DNA of 64,000 nucleotides from Octopus vulgaris. Taxonomy: Eukaryota. A program made the position numbers and the translations under genes. Within the stretch, counting starts at the first letter, position 1. Each line of letters opens with the position of its first letter. This document shows, one piece after another, positions 26,560 through 37,098 of the stretch. The notes under the pieces are model-generated. The model did not search any database and was not told the DNA's origin. It was given only the letters and a program-made list of their open reading frames with translations. The DNA lies in NCBI GenBank assembly GCA_951406725.2, contig OX597827.1:72230001-72294000 (forward strand). The letters run 5' to 3'.

Positions 26560-27725
26560 CTTAATATTCTAGCCACTACACTCTCAGAGCAACCACCCCC
26601 ACTACAGACTTGGTTGTTTAGGTAGCGGAAGCTATTAACTACTTCTACTTGCTCACCCTGGCATGTGATGGAATCTGTTTCCTCTACATCTTCAGTATTT
26701 ATTGCCCCTTTGCATGACACACACAAAGACTATTTTCCCGGTTAACTTCCTTTGATATTGCGGCACCTTTTATGTGTCCACAGATTACACTGGCTACATT
26801 GTATGAAGTTTCTACCCACACCTTTTCTACAGATCAAGCAGGGCCATTTACCTGAAGGGGTTTGTGATTTGACAGCCATCCTACTTACTAAGACTTTGGG
26901 TTTTGCTAGGTTAACCCTAAGGCCCTTGGATTCTAGGCCTTGCATCCACACCCTAAACTTTGTCTCTAGTTCTGGCAGTGACTCGGCTATTAGAGCAAGG
27001 TCATCAGCATAGAGGAGCTCCCAGGAGCAGCCTGTTTTGAATTCTTCTGTTATTGCCTGGAGGACTATAATGAATGAGGGGTCTGAGGACTGATCCTTGG
27101 TGAATCCCTACGTCTACTCGGAATTCTTCACTATACTTGCTGCCAACCCTTACCTTACTGACAGCATCCCTGTACAGGGCTTGTACTGCTCTTACCAGCC
27201 ACTTGTCTATCCCCAGTTTCCACATTGACCACCAGATAAGGGATCGGAGGACCCTGTCATAAGCTTTCTCCAAATCAACAAAAACCAAGTACAGCGGTTT
27301 GTCTTTGGCTAGGTATTTCTCCTGCAGTTGCCTTACCAGAAATATAGCACCACTGGTGCTTCTGCCTGGCATAAAACTGAACTCCATCTCATCTAGGCTA
27401 ACTCTCTCCCCAATTAGTTAGGCTATGACCCTCTGTGTAACTTTCATCACCTGATCCAATAATTTGATACCCCAGTAGTTATTTCTATCTAAATCATCAC
27501 CTTTACCTTTGTAGTAGTTGACTATGGTGCTACTACACCAATCATTGGGTATAACTCCATTAACTACCTGATTTACGATGTGGACGACAAGACCTTAATC
27601 CACCCTGCCTGATATTTTAAGCATCCCAACAGTGATTCCTAACTGGCTGGGTGCTTTCCCTCTTTTCATATCCTTAATTGATCTATCTACCTGGATACTG
27701 TCAATTCGGATAGCTGGTCCCTCAA
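26560..27725 (-). mobile_element. RTE-clade LINE reverse transcriptase fragment with Cys/His (PHD-like) finger, disrupted
   Basis: FMPGRSTSGAIF..RQLQEK, FVDLEKAYDRV, GIHQGSVL, LLYADDL, then WPCLICRKGVGRNFIQCSQCNLWTHKRC; frameshifts present. Confidence 0.9.
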
Positions 27726-28448
27726 TATAATAATAATAATAAAAATAATCCAAGGATGGAATTTATAAATATTTTAATGCATTGCAATGCATGTTTCCAC
27801 AGATCGCATGTCATTTGTGAGAATGGTCAGCGTACCTAGGATGATTAATATTTCTACTATATTTATCCTCTGCTATGTTGATACAGTTCAGTACAATCCT
27901 ATAGAACTGCTGTTGCAGGTTGGAATTATGAGGCCATAACTAACATAATAAAATAGGAGCTTTTATATGCCTAGTCAAAAATATTTCCCATAAACAAACT
28001 TAAAAGCTATTCTTGTGCTTCAAAGACAAACTAAAAAAACAATCTGAAATGATGCAACGTTCCCTTTTCTTCCTGGGAAATCAAAGTATTAGACCGCAGG
28101 ACCTGGCACCAGTCCTGCCTCTTCTCAGTTCAAAAATTTCAGCAAAGTCGATTCCAGCATCAGGACCAACTTCATGGTAAAACGCTGCTCCTCTAAATGG
28201 AAACCTTTATCTGTTGTTGTGGCTTTGTAGCAACGAAACAAAGCAGGTCATGCTGTTCACTCAAGAAAACACATTGTAAATGATCCACAAGCACTCAAGC
28301 AAATCGAGTCCTCAACTTGTTCCATTTACCAAAACGCTTGCAAGGCACCAGAAGGCCCCAAGAGACACATTTGTGTCCATAGAACACGATTAGCACTTTA
28401 TATTTTACTAAACCCTCATTTGTTGTTCATGACAAGAGACTCCATAAT

Positions 28449-29309
28449 ATCATCATCATCGTTTAATGTCCGCTTTCCATGCTAGCATGGGTTGGACGAT
28501 TTTGACTGAGGGCTGGCAAACCAGATGGCTGCACCAGGCTTCAATCTTGATCTGGCAGAGTTTCTACAGCTGGATGCCCTTCCTAACGCCAACCATTCCG
28601 AGAGTGTAGTGTGTGCTTTTACGTGGCACCAGCACTGGGCCAGTCATGCGGTGCTGGCAACAACCTCGCTTGAATCTTTTACACATGCCACCGGCACAGG
28701 TGCCAGTATGGCAATACTGGTAATGATCACGCTCGAATGGTGTCTTTTATGTGCCACCGGCATGGAGGCCAGATAGCCACTCTGGCAACGATCACGCTCG
28801 GATGGTACTCTTAGCACCCTACTAGCACGGGGCTCAAGTGCCAGTAAGGCGACACTGGTAACGATCACACTCAAATGGTTCCTTTTATGCGCCACTGGCA
28901 CGGAAGCCGGTTATATATATATATACTCTTTTTCTTTTACTTGTTTCAGTCATTTGACTGTGGCCATGCTGGAGCACTACCTTTAGTCGAGCAAATCGAC
29001 GCCAGGACTTATTCTTTGTAAGCCTAGTACTTATTCTATCGGTCTCTTTTGCTGAACTGCTAAGTTACGGGGATGTAAACACACCAGCATCAGTTGTCAA
29101 GCGATGTTGGGAGGACAAACACAGACACACACATATATATACGACAGGCTTCTTTCAGTTTCCGTCTACCAAATCCACTCACAAGGCTTTGGTCGGCCTG
29201 AGGCTATAGTAGAAGACACTTACTTGCCCAAGGTACCACGTTGTCGAACTGAACCCTGAACCATATGGTCGGTAAGCAAGCTACTTACCACACAGCCACT
29301 CCTATGCCT
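28449..29309 (-). mobile_element. RTE-type 3' end (28449-28910) followed by SINE-A (28924-29309)
   Basis: Reverse complement of the elements at 4970-5763 and 3291-3710. Confidence 0.8.
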
Positions 29310-30991
29310 ATATATATATATATATATATGAAAAAACAACACAGATTAGTTGAGGCTCACTACAGTTGTTTGAGACGTGTCTTTTATTGATACAAGGATT
29401 ACATCATGAAAAAAAAGTTTTCTTCAGGTGAATTCAGATTAAAAATAAAGTTCAGAAAAAATGAGTGTTGACTTTGGCAATAAGTAAGAAAGTGAATTTT
29501 CATCAAAATATAACCAGACATAATATGGGTAAAGGTCAAATGGTAAAGCCACACTGAATGATTCGTGTTGAACATGTAATGAAATGTCTCCTTTTGAATG
29601 CCGCATGGTCACCCTTACAAAGAAGAAAGCCAAATAAATGGTATAAAAGAATAAGAATGCCAGTAAAGAGTAACAAGAAAAACACAACCGTTCTACTGTT
29701 TGAGAGAAGAAAGACTTCATTTACAGAATGTGTACAATAAGAGCGTGTGTGGGTGCTAGCAGAGTGGAGTGTCTGAGTGCATGTGACAAGTGTTTGTGTG
29801 TGTGTTGCTGTTGACGGTCCAAAACGTGGTCCTTTGCTATTTGTAAGACCCGCAGAAGAGAAAGCAGGTCAACCACCGACACCGAGAGCTTTGACGGTGG
29901 ATGAATGCACATCCAGGCTCAGCGGTTGCGTAGGAAGTCGGGGACAAGAAACAGGAAGAAAGAGTGAGAGAAAATTGGGGCGAAAGAGTACAACAGGGGT
30001 CGACACCACCCCCTGCCGGAATCTCGTGGAGCTTTAGGTGTTTTCGCTCAATAAACACACACAATGCCCGGTCTGGGACTGTATGACTCAGAAGTAAAGA
30101 ATGGTGTGTATGTGTGTTGTTTTTCTGGGAAATGCAAATAGCGAATTTAAGTGTGTATGTGTGTGTGTTATATGTCAGAGTGCTGAGAGTGTTATGTTTG
30201 TCGAAGTGGAGTGCATGTGTGTGAGTTGTATTTGTTAGGGCGCATGTGTACCTGTGAGTGTGCATGTGTTGCATTGGTTAAGGTGATGTGTGAGTGTCTG
30301 TGTGTGTCTTTTAAATGTCTGGGCAGTATGTGTATGCGTTTGGTAGAAGATTTTAATTCAGAACTTTCGAAAACAAGACATTTGTACTCCAGAGGCAGTT
30401 TCAGCTGGGTCAGTATCAAAAAGGTTAACGGCCCCTTATGTGAAAGGATTTATTTATAAATTGTGCCAATGTAGCATGTCGTTTCTATGATCCAGTCCCC
30501 TTTGAATTAGAAGTCAGTTATACAGATGACGCTGATTCTATACAATAACAGAAATTTATTGAATGGGACGAAATGTGTGTGTTTGTTAACCCTTTCGTTA
30601 CTGTATTTATTTTGAGATTCCCTGTGTTTCTTCCAATTATTTTAAATATAACAAAGAATTTAGAAAAATAACATCATTAGCATTGAGCTTGTGTTAGGAA
30701 CATAAATTGTGACTAAAATTTGGTGGGAGATTTGAATTCAAAACTTATGAAAACAAGACATTTATACTAAAGAGCCAGAGCCAGTTTGGTAACGAAAGGG
30801 TTAAATTGAATTTGAACAACACTGTGAATTATTAAATGGTTCTTCAGTGAAATGTAGTTGTAATTAAAGTACAATTATTTTCATTCAGATTGTGATATTT
30901 TCCCCCAAAAGGTTGCCAAGTCTACCCCAGCACTTGGGTATTCAGTTAACTGATAGACAAGATGAGGGCAGGAGGAGAATTGTCACTCCTT

Positions 30992-31945
30992 TTACTTTTC
31001 TGATTGTTCTTTTTTTTTAATAATCAGTCTTTTCTTCAAAGTACTAAAGCATACAGCCTTTTGTTCAACATCATTCTGCTGTTTATATATGTAAAGATGA
31101 TCATTAATATCAACAGCCAGTGACATGACATCGATGTCTTCGTTCTTTGAATAAATTTCATATACTGAGTTTAAGAAACGACTACCAGTATAGTCAGTTC
31201 TCTTACCAGAATCCCCGGAAGGCACACCTAGCATTACAAGCATGTCAGGAATATCAAAAGATTGAAATAAATCACATTTATTAACACCTTTTATTTTATT
31301 GCGACAAGCACTGAGGTAAAGTACTTTGGGCACATCTTTCAAAAGCGGAATATTTAAGTAATCATTAATTTCTTTGTAAGTTACAGACTGACCATCGCTA
31401 GCTTGAATCATACCCTCACTACCATGAGAAGAGAAGATTAAAACAAAACAACTGAGTGGTCTGTCTTTGTTATCCTTTTCCATTTCCTCTATGATTCCTT
31501 TCTTTTTGTTTTCCTCCTTTTCATTTTCCTCTTTCACTTTTTGCATTTCCTTTATTTCGTCTGCGATTATTTTCCTTACCCCTGTCTTTCCACTTTCCAT
31601 TTCTTTCACCCTCTTTTTAATTCCATTTAGTTTTTCTTCCATGGAATTATTCTCTGCCATTTTTTCCTCTATCATTTCCATTTCATTCTCTACGCATTTC
31701 ATTTCCTCTTTGTATTCCTCTGAAATATTTTCCAGAATCTTTTTGGTTTCCTTCAAACTTTTGTCGTTCTTATATACTATGTGAAAACCCAATCTGTCTT
31801 TGAAAATTTTGTTTATTTTTTTAATTTCATCATCTACTCCTTTTCGCTCTTTTGACTGGCCTGAAAACTCATTACAAAAAAAAATGCAATAACGTTGGCC
31901 AGATTCGAAAGAATATTCAGGATATTGACCTTTCCTTTCTGCCAT
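30992..31945 (-). CDS. Divergent caspase (peptidase C14) with coiled-coil-like insertion, intronless CDS, 317 aa from first ATG
   Basis: Caspase motifs in order: RYCIFFCNEF, ERKG, F..LGF, CFVLIFSSHG (His codon 31424-31426), PKVLYLSACR (Cys codon 31304-31306), DMLV, KR....GSRF, STLKKRL. The first ATG is at 31945, with an in-frame TGA upstream. Confidence 0.9.
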   Translation of the reverse strand: MAERKGQYPEYSFESGQRYCIFFCNEFSGQSKERKGVDDEIKKINKIFKDRLGFHIVYKNDKSLKETKKILENISEEYKEEMKCVENEMEMIEEKMAENNSMEEKLNGIKKRVKEMESGKTGVRKIIADEIKEMQKVKEENEKEENKKKGIIEEMEKDNKDRPLSCFVLIFSSHGSEGMIQASDGQSVTYKEINDYLNIPLLKDVPKVLYLSACRNKIKGVNKCDLFQSFDIPDMLVMLGVPSGDSGKRTDYTGSRFLNSVYEIYSKNEDIDVMSLAVDINDHLYIYKQQNDVEQKAVCFSTLKKRLIIKKKEQSEK

Positions 31946-32094
31946 TGTTTCCCAATCTAACACATCTGCTTTCCAGTGAGGAAAAATATTACCTTTTGGT
32001 TTTAATGCTGTTTCTGTAGCTATTAAAATTATTTTTCAAGTTGGTCTTGTTTTTTTGTTTTCTCTTACTATAATTCCAATTTTAAATAAAGAAC

Positions 32095-32125
32095 CTGGGG
32101 GAAAAAAAAGCAAAAAACAATATTA
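32095..32125 (-). promoter_or_regulatory. Splice acceptor opening the caspase coding exon (5' UTR intron)
   Basis: Minus strand ttgttttttgcttttttttcccccag|GTTC, 149 nt upstream of the ATG. Confidence 0.65.
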
Positions 32126-32365
32126 CAGTTAACCACAAATCACAGTTTTCTATTTTTTTTATAAATTTCCTTCCAAATATGGTATACTAATTTAGTTTTG
32201 TATGCTAATTACAAAAATGAAATTCATTTTTGCCATAAATTAAGAAATAACAAGTTAATAGCTTTTAAAGTTTACAAATTTTGAGTAATTTTAACCAATC
32301 AAAAACCAATGCCATCTTGGTGCATGTTTCCAGAGTAACAAGTGAAGTTGAAGTCTGCTGCCTTT

Positions 32366-32858
32366 TTGGCAACGTTTCGCATGTCGTAGCACAAGTTTCC
32401 ATCGATTTCCGTAAAAAACTTTTATTTTTTTACATAAGTAATGAGAGCGAAAGAGACTAAGAGGAAGCGATTTTACGACGAGAAGGTTTCACTTTGAAAT
32501 CGGCCTGTGTGCGTTTGATGGGGTGTGGGAGACAGACAGTATGTTGTGTAAGTGAAGTGCTTCTGTTAGTGTGTGCGAAGAGACAGAGAGAGTAATGTGT
32601 GAAAGAGAGAGATAACTGATTTTTTACTCGGTGTATGTGTATATGTATGTCTGCATGTATGTGTGTGTGTATGTATCTATGTATGTGTGTGTGTATCTAT
32701 GTATGTGTGTGTGTGTATGTATGTATCTATGTATGTGTGTGTGTGTAAGTATGTGTGTGTGTATGTATGTATGTATGGCCGATTCATCGTAATTACGATA
32801 AATCGGCCATACATACATACACACACACATACATAGATACATACATACATACATACAC

Positions 32859-32889
<31 letters not shown>

Positions 32890-33181
32890 CATACATGCTT
32901 ACATACATATACACATACACCGAGTAAAAAATCAGTTATCTCTCTTTCACACATTACTCTCTGTCTCTTCGCACACACTAACAGAAGCACTTCACTTACA
33001 CAACATACTGTCTGTCTCCCACACCCCATCAAACACACACACGCACACTTCAAAGAGAAACTTCCTCGTCATAAAATCGCTTCCTCTTAGTCTCTTTCGC
33101 TCTCATTACTTATGTAAAAAAATAAAAGTTTTTTACGGAAATCGACGGAAACTTGTGCTACGACATGCGAAACATCGCCAA
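32366..33181. repeat. ~815-bp near-perfect palindrome (foldback)
   Basis: Arms TTGGCAACGTTTCGCATGTCGTAGCACAAG... / ...CTTGTGCTACGACATGCGAAACATCGCCAA, spacer-free centre CGTAATTACG at 32792/32793. Confidence 0.92.
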
Positions 33182-33671
33182 TTTTTTTTTTCGACACAAA
33201 CCCCGCTTTTCGGCTACAGGAAATAAGAATCGGCAAAAAAATTGGCAAAAAACGACACTTCTAAATTACCACACCCCACTCACCCCCATTTCCTTCATCT
33301 TCAACTTTTTTCAGAATTTCTTTTTCTGAAAAAAAAAAAAATGAGGAAAAATACGGAGATTACGTGATACTGAAAAAAATTTCTAGAAATCTTTGTAAAT
33401 TTTTTTTTAAAGAATTTTTTCTTTTCTAAATATGCGGAAAAATATGGACATCAGGATTCGGACAAAAATTTCAAAACATTTCTGTACGCTTACGGTTACG
33501 GTTTTAGGGTTAGTGTTGCGGAAAAAAGTCAAAATTGAAGAAATTGCCGATTTTGGGCAATATTTTTTTCCATTTTTGCCACCTGGGCGTGGATCTATAT
33601 ATTAACCTTTCTTCTTTTTAAATAAACAAATTTGAGAGAAAATGCGGAGGGGAGGACGGGCGAAAGTCTTT

Positions 33672-34091
33672 CCGAATTCTGCTTTAAGGACTCCATATAA
33701 CCCCTTATAACTTTTTTAATGCTTTGGAATTTTCAGAGAATTTTTGCGAATTTGGGCGATCCTTGTCGAAACGGAAGTTCACACAACTATGAAAAGAAAA
33801 AGAATTCGAAATTTTGGCTTTAAGCCCGGCAACAGACCATTAAGTGTGTTTACGAGGATAAAGATACTGAAAAAAAATCAATACATCAGTAACAAAACGA
33901 AGAGGGTATGAGGAGGTCGTGAAAAGTGCTAAAAATAACAGCTAAATAGACCTTAAATCACACACAAAAGTTTTTCTTTCAGCATCGTATGAATCCCCAT
34001 GTGTAGAACACAAATTCACAAACATTTTCTGAAAATTCAAAAAAAAAAATTAATAATAAAAGTTATGGGGTACTTAAAGTAGAATTCCGCC
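33672..34091. mobile_element. TIR element; an opposite-orientation relative at ~37662-38517 is interrupted by SINE-A (37905-38324)
   Basis: GAATTCTGCTTTAAG...CCATATAACC and GTTATGGGGTACTTAAAGTAGAATTCCGCC ends; internal sequence shared between the two copies. Confidence 0.6.
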
Positions 34092-35306
34092 GAAAATCCA
34101 ACTTATGTGCGCGACCTATTTCGGACTTCCGCCCAGTTCATAACCAGTTCACAATTATTGAAAATGTATTTATCGGAAACATTAAAAGTTTCTATTTACC
34201 AAACTGTAATTTCAAGAGGAAATAATTAATTCCCGATCTTTGGGGCAAACGATGTGGTTTAATAGAGTCAGTGACGGTTCCAATTGAAACAGTTCCTTGC
34301 CACCGTTACACGGAAAAATTAAAGTGAAACTATTGTAATACGAAGCTAATACATATTTCCTAAACTAACAATCGTAAATTATAAGCAAAGAATTGTCAAA
34401 AGTTAAATATGAGAAAGTACTTTTAATCATCTCTAAATTAAATTAATTGCTTCTTTCAAAAAGGGGTGGGTACTGGCAAAATCGCAAGAGCGGAGGACTA
34501 AGTTTAAATGTCTGTAAAGTCAACTTGACTTTTCCTACTTTCGGATTCAAGGAAGTAAAATATTAATTGGGGAATAGAATGAAGTATGATGGTTGTTTCC
34601 TATTATACTAACATTTAGAAACGATTAAAGATGTAAAATGTCAAACGAAAGCGGCAAAATGTACCTGGTTTCGCCTCTAATGCTTTTTTCTGTGTTTCTA
34701 TTTTGCTTGTTTCTCTTTTTCTTTATTTATTTTTGCTCATTACGAAATGCGGAAGTTGAAAAGAAATGAAATGACAATACATGTAAATAAAAATATAAGT
34801 AAGATTCAGTTGTATTAAGTACTTATATCGAAGCCTCTTGTTAGGTCGGGATAACATACACACAACAATATTACGTAAATATCAAACTTGTAGGCGGCGA
34901 GCTGGTAGAATCGTTAGCCCCTTGTGGGTAGTAAAGAAATAGTAAATTTCAAACTTGGTACATAAGTACCGGTCGAATGATACTCATGGAGCGTATGTAG
35001 AGCATTTGTATTTTCTTTTAATGATTCTGCAAAGAAAGAGACTTGGAAATGCCATTATGAAGGACTGCTGAACGTGGAGAATGAATGCGAGGAGGAGAGT
35101 CTGCCAAAGGTTGAGTAAAAGTCGAGGTACGGGTGTAGGCGTATTACCCTATCCCCTTGACAGGGGTAAACAAGCTGGCTACAGAGAGAGAAAGGGGCGC
35201 CGTACACAACATTGAGGTTCAGACACGCGACCTCATCTCTGTGTTGTCAGCTTGTTTACACCTGTGAAGCGGCGTGGGGGGGGGGCAATACGCTTACACA
35301 GGTGTC

Positions 35307-35397
35307 AATCCATTACGTCCGTTTCTAACGACTCCTTTAATTGATTAATGAAAAAATATTACATAATTATAAAGAAACCGTTTTCGTCAGGTGAATC
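35307..35397 (-). ncRNA. Second minimal hammerhead motif (slightly degenerate)
   Basis: Minus strand GATTCAC-CTGACGA-A-AACG...CGTT-A-GAAA-CGGACG-TA-ATGGATT. Stem I has one C.A mismatch next to the core. Confidence 0.6.
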
Positions 35398-35581
35398 TTA
35401 TCATACCTTTAGCTTACTGAATGTACTTGTGTGATCTTCACCTGACTTTCTATTAAATGATTGTTACCTGCATCGCCTTACTGGCACTTGTGTGCTGGTG
35501 GCACGGGAAAAAAACATTCGAGCGAGGTCGTTGCCAGTGCCGCTGGACTGGCTCCTGTGCAGGTGGCACATAAAAAGCACT

Positions 35582-36179
35582 ATTTGGTGGAAGATTTTAA
35601 TTCAAAACTTATGAAAACAAGACATTTGTACTTAGAGCCAGAGCCAGTTTCAGCCACGTTGGTATCAAAAGGGTTAAGAATTGTTTTTCTATTATATATT
35701 TTAACCCTTTTGTTACCATATTTCTTTTGAGATGCTCTGTGTTCCTTTTAATTACTTTAAATATAACAAAGAATTGAGTAAACAACTTAGTTATCATTAA
35801 GCTAGTGTTAGGAACATAAATTGTGACTAAGATTTGGTGGAAGATTTTAATTCAAAACTTATGAAGACAAGACATTTGTACTCAGAGCCAGAGGCGGTTT
35901 CAACCAGGTTGGTATCAAAAGGGTTAAGAATTGTTTCTCTATTATATATTTTAACCCTTTCATTACTGCATGTATTTTGAGATGCTCTGTGTTCCTTTCA
36001 ATTACTTTAAATATAACAAAAAATTTAGTAAAATAACTTAGTTATCATTAAGCTAGAGTTAGGAACATAAATTGTGGTTAAGGTTTGGTGGAGGATTTTA
36101 ATTCAAAACTTATGAAAACAAGACATTTGTACTACAGAGCCAGAGGTGGTTTCATCCGGGTTGGTAACGAAAAGGTTAA
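35582..36179. mobile_element. Second tandem array (~2.4 units) of piggyBac-type MITE family 1
   Basis: Same units and same inter-unit spacer as 23253-23967. Confidence 0.85.
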
Positions 36180-36627
36180 GGGCCTACAAAGGTCCTGGTT
36201 GCTGCTTGTTCCTTCATAATGGAATGGCACTCCGTCAGTTACAACAACGAGGGTTCCATTTGATCCAATCAATGGGACAACCTGCTTGTGAAATTAAGGT
36301 GAAAGTGGCTGAGTAACCCCCAGACATGCAAATCCTTAAAGTAGTTCTCAGGGAGATTCAGTATGACACAGAATGTGACAAGGCTGGCCCTTTGAAATAC
36401 AAGTACTACTCAATTTTGCCAGCTGAGTGGACTGGAGCAAGGTGAGATAAAGAGTCTTGCTCAAGGACACAATGTATAACTTAGTATCGAACTCATAACC
36501 TGAAAATCGCAAGTTGAACGTCCTTACCACTTAGCCACGAGTCTACAAAGGTGGTGGCCATGGCTAGGTCTTTCAGATACAGCAAATAAAACACACACAC
36601 ACAAACAAATTTTGTACATTTTTGGTT

Positions 36628-37022
36628 GAGTGGCTGTGTGGTAAGTAGCTTGTTTACCAACCACATGGTTCCCGGTTCAGTTCCACTGCGTGGCACCTCG
36701 GGCAAGTGTCTTCTACTATAGCCTCGGGCCCACCAAAGCCTTGTGATTGGATTTGGTAGACGGAAACTGAAAGAAGCCCGTCGTATATATGTATATATAT
36801 ATATATGTGTATGTGTGTGTGTGTGTTTGTGTGTCCCCCTAGCATTGCTTGACAACCGATGCTGGTGTGTTTATGTCCCCGTCACTTAGCAGTTCGGCAA
36901 AAAGAGACCGATAGAATAAGTACTAGGCTTGCAAAGAATAAGTCCCGGGGTCGAGTTTGCTCGATTAAACGCGGTGCTCCAGCATGGCCGCAGTCAAATG
37001 ACTGAAACAAGTAAAAGAGTAA
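36628..37022 (+). mobile_element. SINE-A
   Basis: Same family as 3291-3710. Confidence 0.85.
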
Positions 37023-37058
37023 AGTGTAAAATATTAATGCTGGAAGTGTGTGTAGACA

Positions 37059-37098
<40 letters not shown>

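Noticed and set aside
27790-28430. Coding-like unique sequence
   Set aside because: No continuous frame, splice pair or recognisable motif; possibly an old transposase relic.
21014-30992. Functional link between HTT and the adjacent caspase (HTT is a caspase substrate in mammals)
   Set aside because: Adjacency alone is not evidence in a eukaryotic genome; the genes are convergent and ~10 kb apart.
33488-33515. Telomere-like GGTTAC/TTAGGGTTAG motif
   Set aside because: Too short and degenerate; probably part of a dispersed repeat.
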